Source: an uncultured Desulfovibrionales bacterium (GTDB lineage Bacteria; Desulfobacterota; Desulfovibrionia; Desulfovibrionales; Desulfonatronovibrionaceae). Taken from it: DNA of 64,000 nt. The stretch lies in contig CAZTKE010000001.1 in NCBI GenBank assembly GCA_964614055.1, positions 6,349 through 70,348 of the forward strand, written 5' to 3'. Both the position numbers and the translations under genes were made by a program. The notes under the pieces were generated by a model. That model did not search any database. It was not told the DNA's origin and was given only the letters and a program-made list of their open reading frames with translations. Below, in pieces: positions 55,305 through 64,000 of the stretch (positions are counted from its first letter, which is position 1; each line of letters starts with the position of its first letter).

Positions 55305-56214
55305 AGGAACTCTTGGGGTCCTCTTTGGCCACCCTTTTCAGGTTCATGGCCCGCTGCGAGGCCTCACCGTAATGGGTGAGGCTGCCGTCTTGGTTAAAGA
55401 CCACGGCTACGGAAATGGCCATCAGGGAAAAAGTCTGGGTATTACCCTTGCGGTCCACGGAAATTATCTGCTCTCTTTCCCGGTCCTCCCGGTCGTAGAA
55501 ATTGGGGACAATGCCGTCAAAACTCTTGATGAGCATGCGGCAAACCTGCTCGGCCACATCCACGGGAACAATAAATACGAAGTCGTCTCCCCCGACATGA
55601 CCGACAAAGGAGTCCACCCCGCCAAAGGCCCGGATGGTATTCACGATGACCCTGGAGGTCATCATCAGTACCTCGTCTCCCCGGGAAAAACCGTATTTGT
55701 CGTTAAAGGACTTGAAATGGTCCAGATCGGCATAAGCCAGGGCAAAATCCTCTTTCTTGTCGATTAAGTCCTGTATCTTGTGAATTATCGAGGTATTGCC
55801 CGGCAGCTTGGTCAAGGGGTTGGCGTCCAGGGCCCGGGCGGAGCGGGCCAGAACCAAGTCCAGCCTGGCCTTGGTCTGCGTTCTGGAAAGAGGAGCAACC
55901 AGGAAATCGTCCGCCTCAGTAGTGCTGAAATCAATCCCTTCAGTCAGATCGTCCTCGGAAATGCACAGAACAACCGGTACCTGGCGATATACATTTTCGC
56001 TCTTTAAAATGCGTATAAGTTCCTTGCCCCCGAAATCCGGGAGGTCGTTGTCCACCAGCAAAAGCTCGGGAGGGTCATTGAAAATATGCTCGATGGCGCC
56101 GGCGCCGCGTTCAAACACGGACCATTCCGCCTCGGGCATGATTTCCTTCAGGATCTGGTATTTCTCCGGATCATCGGAAACCAGAAAAAAATGATATCTC
56201 TCAAAAATAGCCAT
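55276..56214 (-). CDS. Response-regulator receiver plus GGDEF-type domain (motif reads GGDDF)
   Basis: Receiver LLLVDNDLPDFGGKEL. GGDEF domain ALAYADLDHFKSFNDKYGF..GHVGGDDFVFIV. Confidence 0.8.
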   Translation of the reverse strand: MAIFERYHFFLVSDDPEKYQILKEIMPEAEWSVFERGAGAIEHIFNDPPELLLVDNDLPDFGGKELIRILKSENVYRQVPVVLCISEDDLTEGIDFSTTEADDFLVAPLSRTQTKARLDLVLARSARALDANPLTKLPGNTSIIHKIQDLIDKKEDFALAYADLDHFKSFNDKYGFSRGDEVLMMTSRVIVNTIRAFGGVDSFVGHVGGDDFVFIVPVDVAEQVCRMLIKSFDGIVPNFYDREDREREQIISVDRKGNTQTFSLMAISVAVVFNQDGSLTHYGEASQRAMNLKRVAKEDPKSSYVLDRRTST

Positions 56215-56249
56215 GTGCCTGCTTTTGTGTATTCAGTCCCAAGCCCCGG

Positions 56250-57089
56250 CTACTCGTCCGGCCGGAAGCTGGAAAGTTCCATGAATTGCTCCCCGAGTTC
56301 ATCCATGACCTGTTCCAGGTCATTGAGCTCAAGCTTCAGGGTGTCCAGGGCGTAAGGACGCAGATAACTGACATTGTCGTCTCCGCTGTTTCCGGTCTCA
56401 TACAATCTGGCCAGAAAATCGGCCACATGAACCACGCAGGCCATTTCCGGATAAAGCTGGGCGGAGCGGGGACGATGATGCCAGGCCAAACCCTCCCGAA
56501 TATTTTTGGGCAGATTCCAGTGATCGGCAAGCCAGGCATTGACCCGGTCATGTCCAAAACCCAGGATCTCGTTTTCCGCATCTATATACAACATGTCCTT
56601 TTCCTGGACCAGATTGTCCACCTCTTCCTTCATTTCCGGCAGTTGCAGGGCTATGACCACCTTACCCAGATCATGGAGCAGACCGGCCACCGAATATTCC
56701 TCCGGGTCCTTGAACCCCGCCTTTTTGGCCACGCTGGAACAGGCCAGGGCGCAACCCAGACTGTGCTCCCACAAGCCGACCATATTCTTGGCCATGACAT
56801 CAAAAACCGAGGTGCTTATGATCAGTCCGCGAATCACGTTCAGTCCCAAAAGAACCAGAGCGTGCTGGATGGTGCTGATCCTGCGGGGGAAACCGTATAT
56901 GGGGGAATTGACCATTTTGAGCACCTTGGCGGACAAGACCTGATCCTGGGAAATAAGTGCCGCCACCTGTTCGGTGGAGGAGCTAGGGTCCTGAATCAGC
57001 TTGGTTACCTCGTCCAGTACCGCGGGTAATGTGGGTAAATCCTTGACCGCCAGTATCTGGCCTTTTTTATCCACGCGCAAATCTTGCAT
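56250..57089 (-). CDS. HDOD domain protein
   Basis: LPTLPAVLDEVTKLIQDP, VNSPIYGFPRRISTIQHALVLLG and GLLHDLGK. Confidence 0.85.
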   Translation of the reverse strand: MQDLRVDKKGQILAVKDLPTLPAVLDEVTKLIQDPSSSTEQVAALISQDQVLSAKVLKMVNSPIYGFPRRISTIQHALVLLGLNVIRGLIISTSVFDVMAKNMVGLWEHSLGCALACSSVAKKAGFKDPEEYSVAGLLHDLGKVVIALQLPEMKEEVDNLVQEKDMLYIDAENEILGFGHDRVNAWLADHWNLPKNIREGLAWHHRPRSAQLYPEMACVVHVADFLARLYETGNSGDDNVSYLRPYALDTLKLELNDLEQVMDELGEQFMELSSFRPDE

Positions 57090-57105
57090 ATCCGGAACAA
57101 TCCCT

Positions 57106-57453
57106 TTAGCTTTCAGTTTCTTGCATTGCAGAGGCTTCCGCGGCCGCCCTGGCCTGATAATAACCGCGGATAAATTCCTTTACTTCCTGCATCCATTCAT
57201 CGTTTTCATGCAGCCTGAACAGGTGATCCAGCCTTTCTATCCGCTTGGCGTAGGTAGTGCTGCTCCCCACCCCCTCCATGTCCACGGGTTCACCCTTGAC
57301 CACGATACTGCTTATGCCCATGTTTTCCAAACGGGAAATAAGGGCGGAGGTGAGCTTGGTTCCCTCGCCCACCAAGACCATACCGTTATCGCGCATAACC
57401 GGCTTTTCCAGGGCCATGCCCTCCCGGGCCAGACTTATGGGAATCTTTTGCAT
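57106..57453 (-). CDS. Small hypothetical protein (115 aa), resembles N-terminal modules of HD-GYP/HDOD regulators
   Basis: Clean ORF 16 nt upstream of the HDOD gene. MQKIPISLAREGMALEKPV..G..LV..GT.LT..LI.RL...GI pattern. Confidence 0.5.
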   Translation of the reverse strand: MQKIPISLAREGMALEKPVMRDNGMVLVGEGTKLTSALISRLENMGISSIVVKGEPVDMEGVGSSTTYAKRIERLDHLFRLHENDEWMQEVKEFIRGYYQARAAAEASAMQETES

Positions 57454-57480
57454 CTTAAAAACCTCAATGTCTTTAATCTC

Positions 57481-58626
57481 TTAAACGGACACACTGTAAT
57501 ACATGCCCGGGGACTTGCGGACAAATCCCTTTATCTCCAATCCGGTCAAAATCCTGGAGACCTCCGAGCTGCTCCAGCCCGTTTTCCGGGTTATTGTATC
57601 TATGTGCAACTCATCTCCGGGAAAAAGGAGCTCCATTATCCCGGCCTCATCTTCATCCACTTCCAGTTCTGATAATCGCATATTATTTGCGGAAAGGGAA
57701 TGTCTATCCGGGGCATGCAGATCACTGCCCACGACTTCCAGTATATCCCGGGCACTGCGCACCAGATAGGCTCCGTCCCGGATAAGTTGATTGCACCCCT
57801 CATATCCGGGCATATTCACTCCCCCGGGAACCGCAAAAACCTCCCGGCCCTGATCCAGGGCCAAAGAGGCGGTAATCAGGCTGCCGCTTTTCATTTCCCC
57901 CTGAAGCACTAATACCCCATTGCTCATCCCGGCGATTATTCGGTTCCTGTGCGGGAAATTATACCCGTCCGGCTCGGTACCGGGCGGAAATTCAGTGAGG
58001 ACAAGCCCTTTCTGGACCAGTTGAGACCAGAGATCACGGTTGCGGGCCGGGTATATAAGATCAATTCCCGTGCCCAGAACGGCAATGGAGCTCCCAGGTC
58101 CGGACAGACCGGCCAGATGAGCCTCGCGGTCGATCCCGGACGCGAATCCGGATACTATGCAGATATTGTTTTCGGAGAGCTCGGAACAAATGCTTTTGGC
58201 CATTTCCACTCCGTAAACCGAGCACTTGCGTGAGCCCACCGCGGCCAGGCAGGTCCGGGATAAAAGGCTAATATCGCCGCGGTAATAAAAAAGAAGCGGA
58301 GGATCCGGAATGTTGCGCAAAAGCTCCGGATATTCCGAATCGGTCCAGATGATGGTCTTATAGCCCTTTTTGGCGATGATTTCCGCGTCCCGGGCGGCAT
58401 CCCTTTTTGCGCTGCCATCCTTAAGGGACCGAACCTGGCGCTTGTTTACCAATGAACGCGAAAGCCACTCTTCCCATCCGGAGCTGATGGCCCGGGCCGG
58501 ACTACCGTAGGCGCGGACCAACTCTTTCCAGGTCCGGGCCCCCAGATAACGGCAGTTAAAAAGTGTAAGGCAGGCCAAAAGTTCCCTATCCCGGGACTGG
58601 GAAGACATCTCTTTTTCCGCTTGCAT
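57481..58626 (-). CDS. dprA: DNA-processing protein DprA (Smf)
   Basis: Rossmann-like core GSRKCSVYG, SGFASGIDREAH, IAVLGTGID. C-terminal winged-helix tail. Confidence 0.9.
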   Translation of the reverse strand: MQAEKEMSSQSRDRELLACLTLFNCRYLGARTWKELVRAYGSPARAISSGWEEWLSRSLVNKRQVRSLKDGSAKRDAARDAEIIAKKGYKTIIWTDSEYPELLRNIPDPPLLFYYRGDISLLSRTCLAAVGSRKCSVYGVEMAKSICSELSENNICIVSGFASGIDREAHLAGLSGPGSSIAVLGTGIDLIYPARNRDLWSQLVQKGLVLTEFPPGTEPDGYNFPHRNRIIAGMSNGVLVLQGEMKSGSLITASLALDQGREVFAVPGGVNMPGYEGCNQLIRDGAYLVRSARDILEVVGSDLHAPDRHSLSANNMRLSELEVDEDEAGIMELLFPGDELHIDTITRKTGWSSSEVSRILTGLEIKGFVRKSPGMYYSVSV

Positions 58627-58646
58627 ACACCGCCTTTGCCGGGGAT

Positions 58647-59447
58647 TTACTTCAGTTTAGCCGCCGCCTCCGAGTCCGGATAATCCTCGGAGAGGACTCT
58701 TTTATAAAACGCGGCGTTTTGCTTGTCCCCGAGCTGGGAATAGCTGTAAGAGATTTTCAGAAGCGCGGCCGGAGCCTTATTGCTCTTCGGATAGTTCTGG
58801 ACCACCTGCTTGAAGGCAAGGATCGCCTGGGCGTACCTCTTTTGGGAATAATATGTTTCGCCTATCCAATACTGGAAATTGGGCTGCAGACTGTTTTGGG
58901 GATAACTTTCCTTGAGGCGAATAAGCCTTTCCCGAGAGGGGCCGGGCTTGTCGTTTTGCAAAAGATCAAGGGCCCGGGTATATTTTTCCTGCACCGCCCC
59001 GTTTTTCCCCGCATTGTTTTTTGCGCTATTTTCAGTTTCAGACGGCCGCATGGCTGGTTTGGTTCCTCGGGGCCTTACGGAGACCTTCTCCTTTTCCGAT
59101 TGTTCGGATTTGTTAGAGTCTGTATTTTTGACCTGCACAGAGTCCTCGCCCGGAGCCGGACCACGGACAAAGCCGCCATCTTCAGTATCCAAGTCCGTTA
59201 CCGCAAACTCCCCAGGATCACTTTCCACTTCCTGTATCCGGGACTCCAGCCTGGAAACCCTCTTCTCCAACTCCTCCTGTTCCCTTGACTTGTACCTCTG
59301 CTTTTCCTGGAGATTGTAAAGCCCCTTCTCTACCTGCTGCAGACGCCAGGAATCGCTTTCCGAAAAGTGGGAGGCACAGCCGGAAACAAGAAAAACTAAA
59401 GCCGCTGCCGCAAGAAAATATACCCTGTGCATATCCGGATACTCCAA
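58647..59447 (-). CDS. Second YbgF/CpoB-like coiled-coil plus TPR lipoprotein
   Basis: Lipobox LVSGCAS. Coiled coil. Low-complexity linker. C-terminal YTRALDLLQNDK..YPQNSLQPNFQYWIGETYY..AILAFKQVVQNYPKS. Confidence 0.7.
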   Translation of the reverse strand: MEYPDMHRVYFLAAAALVFLVSGCASHFSESDSWRLQQVEKGLYNLQEKQRYKSREQEELEKRVSRLESRIQEVESDPGEFAVTDLDTEDGGFVRGPAPGEDSVQVKNTDSNKSEQSEKEKVSVRPRGTKPAMRPSETENSAKNNAGKNGAVQEKYTRALDLLQNDKPGPSRERLIRLKESYPQNSLQPNFQYWIGETYYSQKRYAQAILAFKQVVQNYPKSNKAPAALLKISYSYSQLGDKQNAAFYKRVLSEDYPDSEAAAKLK

Positions 59448-59780
59448 AGTTTATGGTCGAATATCATCCGCCTGAAAGCATTTTATCAAATTTTTTCACC
59501 CCGAGTGGATTCCGCAAACAAGGGCAAAAAAACATAAAAGATACACTAGGCCAAGCCCGGAAATTTTTCAAGCCGCTCCCGTCGGGAGAAGTTTTAAAAA
59601 GAGGTTTCCCACTTTGCCGGGACTTGCCATAGGGGAAAATATAAGGCACAGAAAATCCCGATCGGATTAATAAAATTGGGTGCTCGAGGTTTAATGCGGA
59701 CTCCCTCCGCTTGATCCTTTTAAAAATTTAGAATAAGCCCAACCCGGCTCCCCGGCAATAATTAACGGAGATAAGCATAT

Positions 59781-60725
59781 ATGGTTATTGAATACACTCC
59801 CGGCATGGCCATTGTCCTGCCTTTGATCCTGATAGCAGTACTAATCCCCTTTGCAACCGCGGTCATTGCCCTGGGCAGCGAAATGGCCGGACAGATCCAG
59901 AACAAACTGGCGGACAAATTCTCGCAGCAGATAAGCCGCCTGGGATGTCTTGTTGCGCTGGCCATACTCCTGGCCGGAGTAGCCCTGACCGTAATTTTCG
60001 GACCGACCGGCAAGGGGACCGAATACGTAGGCGGACTGTCTTTTCTCCTTTTCCGGCTTGCCCCGGGGCTGATTCTGGGAACCGGAATATTTTTTATCTA
60101 TCTTTTCTCCTGGAAAAAATTAAAACAAAACAAGCCCGCCCATGCCAGCCTTGGGGCCATGGCCGCTGTTCTTTTAGGGATATTTTTGTTTGTCTTTTTG
60201 CAAACATCCATGAGCCGCACACCGCTTGTAAACGTACAGGATTTACCGGCAATGGATTCAGTCATCTATCCCCTTGTTCTGCAGTGGCTCATTTTCGCCT
60301 TGAGCGCCGGGGGCACAATCGGTTTGGCCTTTTTACTCGCCCGCCGCAACAGGGACGACTTCGGCAGGGATTATTACAAATACGCCCTGGGGCTTTCCTC
60401 CAAATGGGCACTGACCGGAACCATTCTCGGATTTCTCCCCTGCATCTGGACCGGATGGCTCTTATGGCCTCATGTGCATCTTATGCCCCTGGTCCTGCCC
60501 GGAACAATATCCGTAATAGCCGCGGCCTACATCTGCATCCTGGCAGTGGTGCTCATTCGCGCCTCCCAGCCACTGCGCTTCAAGGGAATGATTATCCTGG
60601 GCCAATTCTTTCTGTGGCTGTTTTTTGCAGCCAGGATTCTGGTTCACCTGGAAATCATGAACATGATGCCGGATATGCCGGATACCCATATCTTTACCAC
60701 ACAATGGATAAACATCCTCTTCTGA
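59781..60725 (+). CDS. Polytopic membrane protein, unknown function
   Basis: 314-aa ORF with about 8 hydrophobic segments. I recognise no motif. Confidence 0.55.
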   Translation: MVIEYTPGMAIVLPLILIAVLIPFATAVIALGSEMAGQIQNKLADKFSQQISRLGCLVALAILLAGVALTVIFGPTGKGTEYVGGLSFLLFRLAPGLILGTGIFFIYLFSWKKLKQNKPAHASLGAMAAVLLGIFLFVFLQTSMSRTPLVNVQDLPAMDSVIYPLVLQWLIFALSAGGTIGLAFLLARRNRDDFGRDYYKYALGLSSKWALTGTILGFLPCIWTGWLLWPHVHLMPLVLPGTISVIAAAYICILAVVLIRASQPLRFKGMIILGQFFLWLFFAARILVHLEIMNMMPDMPDTHIFTTQWINILF

Positions 60726-61057
60726 TCCTGTTTATTTCAGTCCGACTCATTGTCGGCTAAAAAGCCGGGATAGCGCATTTCTCCCGGTTTAAGCCGCGGA
60801 TAACTGACCAATGAATGATCGCACCCCTTCCTCTATAATTTCCTTGCCTGTGTAACCTTTTGCTGAACACAAGGATCCAATTCCGCAGTTGAATTCTGCC
60901 GGCCTTTTTACGCATATCCATAGGTTTTTCCAATAGATTTTCCCAGTATTGATTGAAAATTACTATTGGCCAACAACCCGGCAATAGTGTTTTTTATGGA
61001 TTTATAAAAATTCAAGTGATGTGCAAGTAATTGTTAACGCCAAATCAGGAGGGGACG

Positions 61058-62143
61058 ATGAAGAATTTTTTTGCCACCCGCTGGGGAGTGATTGCTGTGG
61101 GAACGGTTATCGGGATCCTGGCGGCACTTCTGCAAAAACTGGGCAATCCGGGGAACATGGGGATATGCGTCGCCTGTTTTGAAAGGGACATAGCCGGAGC
61201 TGTGGGAATGCATAGAGCTTCCGTTGTCCAATACATGCGGCCGGAAATAATCGGGTTCGTACTCGGTTCCCTGGGCGCGGCCCTGGGAACAAAGGATTAC
61301 CGGCCCCGAACCGGTTCCGCTCCGGTTGTTCGCTTTATCCTGGGGGTCTTCGCCATGATCGGGGCCCTGGTATTTCTGGGATGTCCATGGCGAGCCCTGC
61401 TTCGACTGGCCGGCGGTGACCTGAATGCCATTTTTGGTCTTCTCGGGCTGATTGTCGGGATCTGGATAGGGACCATTTTCCTTAAAAAAGGCTACAATCT
61501 GGGACCGGCCAAAAAGACGTACAATTCAGTCGGACTGATTATGCCGGCGATAATGCTCTTTTTCCTTGTCCTCATGTTTATTTATCCCCAAATATCCGGA
61601 GAGCACAAAAGCGGCGTGCTTTTCTACAGCCTCAAGGGTCCGGGAGCCATGCACGCGGCCCTTTTCATATCCCTGATCATTGGGCTGGTTGTCGGGGCAA
61701 TCGCCCAGCGTAGCCGTTTTTGCACCATGGGCGCTTTCCGGGACCTGATTCTTTTCAGGCAAACGCATCTCTTCGGCGGTCTGCTGGCCCTTTTGGTTTT
61801 CGCCTTTGTAAGTAACCTGGTTTTCGGCCAGTTTAACGTCGGATTCGAGGGACAGCCGGTCGCCCATACCCAAGCCGTGTGGAATTTCGCGGGCATGGTT
61901 TTGGCTGGCCTGGCCTTTGCCCTGGCCGGAGGATGCCCCGGAAGGCAGCTGTTCATGGCCGGAGAAGGGGATGGAGATGCAGCCGTGTTTGTATTCGGCA
62001 TGATAGTCGGAGCCGCGTTCTCGCATAATTTCGGCCTGGCCAGTTCTCCCAAGGGAGTCGGGCCGCACGGAATCGCCGCGGTTTTCATCGGCTTGGCGGT
62101 CTGCCTGATAATCGGCTTCACCATGCGTAAAAGAGCAAAATAA
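61058..62143 (+). CDS. yedE: YedE/FdhT family putative selenium/sulfur transporter
   Basis: AGGAGG RBS. Membrane protein with paired conserved Cys contexts (GICVACFERD, RSRFCTMGAFRD, GGCPGRQL). Confidence 0.8.
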   Translation: MKNFFATRWGVIAVGTVIGILAALLQKLGNPGNMGICVACFERDIAGAVGMHRASVVQYMRPEIIGFVLGSLGAALGTKDYRPRTGSAPVVRFILGVFAMIGALVFLGCPWRALLRLAGGDLNAIFGLLGLIVGIWIGTIFLKKGYNLGPAKKTYNSVGLIMPAIMLFFLVLMFIYPQISGEHKSGVLFYSLKGPGAMHAALFISLIIGLVVGAIAQRSRFCTMGAFRDLILFRQTHLFGGLLALLVFAFVSNLVFGQFNVGFEGQPVAHTQAVWNFAGMVLAGLAFALAGGCPGRQLFMAGEGDGDAAVFVFGMIVGAAFSHNFGLASSPKGVGPHGIAAVFIGLAVCLIIGFTMRKRAK

Positions 62144-62166
62144 CAATCTGCAAGGAGGATATATAA

Positions 62167-62385
62167 ATGGCGGAAACAGTAGATGCACGCGGACTTTCCT
62201 GCCCTCAGCCGGTTCTGGACACAATGCAGGCCCTAAGCCAAACCTCCGAATCCGAGGTCAAAGTACTTGTGGACACCGACGCCTCAAAAGAGAACGTCTC
62301 CAGAGCTGCTCAAGGAAAAGGCTGGCAGGTAAAGGAAATCAATGAAAGTAATGGAGAATACCACCTGACTCTGAGCAGGGGCTAA
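62167..62385 (+). CDS. yedF: TusA/SirA/YedF-type sulfurtransferase-like protein
   Basis: 72 aa. DARGLSCPQPVL (CPxP motif). Confidence 0.85.
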   Translation: MAETVDARGLSCPQPVLDTMQALSQTSESEVKVLVDTDASKENVSRAAQGKGWQVKEINESNGEYHLTLSRG

Positions 62386-62461
62386 AGCAAACAAATTGTC
62401 TCATAGCCGGGCCGGATGCCAATTTCCGGTCCGGTTTTTTAGGCGTGTAAAAGGCACCAAA

Positions 62462-63016
62462 ATGTACATGCACAATCTTCTTAAAAGGATAAAATCAAGG
62501 TTCGGTCCGGCTAAAAAATCCTCTGATCGGGGCATTTTCCTGTTTGAAAACACCAGCGAAGTCATTGCCGGGGAAAATGCGCTTAAGAGCCGGGGCTGGG
62601 AAATCAAGGTAATGGGGCCTCCCCCGGAGATACAGAAAGGATGCGACCTGGTCATTGAATTTCCCCTGATCGAGCAGATGAATCTTTTGCGCACCCTTAC
62701 CGAACAAAACATCCATCCTTTGGAAACGATACCCGTAACCGGTCCTTTGCTGAAGCCCGTGGACATTTACCAGACAAAGGACTTCGGGGAATTTCTCATG
62801 TGCCGGGCCGCGAATATGAAAATCACCGTGGACAAAAGCACCCGGATCATCGTGAACATCTCCGGGGGAGGATGTCCGGATGTTCCCTATCTGGCCGCGG
62901 AACTATGCGGCAAAAAAATCGAGGAAGCAACTCCGCCCCTCAGGCTTGGGCATACTTTATGCGGATATGCGCTGGAAAAGGCCTATCAGGAGATAAAAAG
63001 ACAATGCCGACAATAG
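62462..63016 (+). CDS. DUF3343-like (putative Se/S carrier-like) domain protein with a Cys-containing C-terminal extension
   Basis: GIFLFENTSEVIAGENALKSRGWEIKVMGPPPEIQKGCDLVIEF resembles DUF3343. The tail has ISGGGCPDVPYL. The start is uncertain (ORF opens at 62396). Confidence 0.55.
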   Translation: MYMHNLLKRIKSRFGPAKKSSDRGIFLFENTSEVIAGENALKSRGWEIKVMGPPPEIQKGCDLVIEFPLIEQMNLLRTLTEQNIHPLETIPVTGPLLKPVDIYQTKDFGEFLMCRAANMKITVDKSTRIIVNISGGGCPDVPYLAAELCGKKIEEATPPLRLGHTLCGYALEKAYQEIKRQCRQ

Positions 63017-63870
63017 TGGGTACCGTACCCGAAGCCGGTTTTCCTCTCACCTATGGAGAGGTGCATATAAAAGGCCGGGACATGTACATAGGAGAAAGAA
63101 AAGTAGCGGTAAACAGAGGTACCCCGGCCCTGGTGGCCGCTGCTTTCCATACTGCAAACGCGCTCGGGGGTAAAAGGCCTCGGGCGTATCTGGTGGGAGA
63201 CATCGGCCTGGGAGACGGCAGCCGCGAACTGTATGCCTGGCTGTCCGAAAATCTGGCCCATACTGAACATGAAACCATTGTTTTTCACTATCTGCAGCCG
63301 GATGTGGACTGGCAATTCAAGATATTAAAAGCGGCCAACAACATGCCTCGAAAACCAACATTGATAGCGGACGCCGGTTTCATGTACGCGGCCAAGATGA
63401 GCGGACTGGCCGGAGAGTACGATCTTTTCACCCCGGATATCGGGGAACTGGCCTTTCTGGCTGATGAACAAGCACCGCATCCTTTTTACACCCGGGGGTT
63501 TATCCTACATGAGGACCAGGACGCAAAAAAGCTGATTGAGCTGGCCTACAAGCATAATAATGCCGCCAAACACATGCTGGTCAAGGGGTCTGCGGACCTG
63601 ATAGTCAATGAAAACGCTGTCCTGCACGAAATAGACAGCCCGGGATGCGAGCACATGGAGGCCATCGGCGGAACAGGAGATACGGTTACCGGAACCGTAT
63701 CCGCATTTATTGCCTCCGGCATGCCTATTGCGGAAGCCTCGCGCAGGGCCGCGCTTATAAACCGCTGGGCGGGAAAAATCACCTCGCCTACTCCGGCAAC
63801 GCAGATATTGGACATCGCGAAGAATATAGACAAGGCCTGTGAAAAAGTCCTGGGTCAGCTGAGAGCTTAA
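63004..63870 (+). CDS. YjeF_C / NAD(P)HX-dehydratase-like (ribokinase-fold) protein
   Basis: LFTPDIGELAFLA, MLVKGSADLIV and AIGGTGDTVTGTVSAFIASG match the YjeF C-terminal domain blocks. ATG 63004 has an AGGAGA upstream. It overlaps the preceding gene by 13 nt. Confidence 0.65.
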   Translation: MPTIVGTVPEAGFPLTYGEVHIKGRDMYIGERKVAVNRGTPALVAAAFHTANALGGKRPRAYLVGDIGLGDGSRELYAWLSENLAHTEHETIVFHYLQPDVDWQFKILKAANNMPRKPTLIADAGFMYAAKMSGLAGEYDLFTPDIGELAFLADEQAPHPFYTRGFILHEDQDAKKLIELAYKHNNAAKHMLVKGSADLIVNENAVLHEIDSPGCEHMEAIGGTGDTVTGTVSAFIASGMPIAEASRRAALINRWAGKITSPTPATQILDIAKNIDKACEKVLGQLRA

Positions 63871-64000
63871 AATTCTTTAATACGCACCTCGCATTAAAGG
63901 CTAAAAACAAGGCGCAACAAGTTCAAAATCGCAGCGGATTTATTCGTTCGTAAGGGTTTGAACTTGTTCCCGCTCTGCCTCCATTGGAAGAATTTAAGGC

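Noticed and set aside
60757-60984. 75-aa minus-strand ORF with faint resemblance to HigB/RelE-type toxins (LEK......KAG.IQ and HWSV..G.N.E patterns)
   Set aside because: The similarity is patchy. It needs indels, lacks the C-terminal catalytic region and has no adjacent antitoxin ORF. At most it could be a decayed remnant, so I did not call it as a gene.
1-64000. CRISPR arrays, rRNA genes, transposases and prophage/integrase islands
   Set aside because: I saw no regularly spaced direct repeats, no rRNA-like conserved segments and no transposase-like translation. The only tyrosine recombinase (54381-55304) has XerC/XerD features and sits among housekeeping and signalling genes without flanking att-like repeats. 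The tRNA-Arg has no adjacent integrase.

Overview
This 64-kb chromosomal window is gene-dense and looks like an anaerobic, sulfate-reducer-like (Desulfobacterota-type) bacterium. That assignment is inferred from gene content only. I support about 58 protein genes, one tRNA-Arg(ACG), several intrinsic terminators, one probable frameshifted lipoprotein gene and one MITE-like nested palindrome. I saw no rRNA, CRISPR array, prophage or transposase.

Recognisable blocks:
- frdCAB fumarate reductase plus a two-subunit class I fumarase operon.
- A FecBCD/Btu-type ABC importer.
- ftsH, greA, galE and xthA.
- An ileS-lspA-lgt-(PLDc_N)-ybgF envelope operon.
- A multi-PAS hybrid histidine kinase.
- A dprA-to-xerC string rich in c-di-GMP modules, plus PilZ and HD-GYP genes elsewhere.
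- A yedE-yedF-DUF3343-YjeF_C-like Se/S trafficking cluster.

The most interesting locus is a tight five-gene cassette at 33252-38473. It encodes a split PHP-like phosphoesterase, a 92-aa amphi-Trp mini-protein, a PhoU-kinase fusion, a RimK-like ATP-grasp ligase and a CofD/YvcK-like transferase, followed by a DMT permease. From memory this matches the computationally named but functionally uncharacterised 'GAK' system.

It sits divergently from an unusual fusion of a cysteine synthase to a CysRS-like domain whose catalytic motifs are degenerate (30668-32986).

All calls come from reading the translations and sequence by eye. No database search was run.
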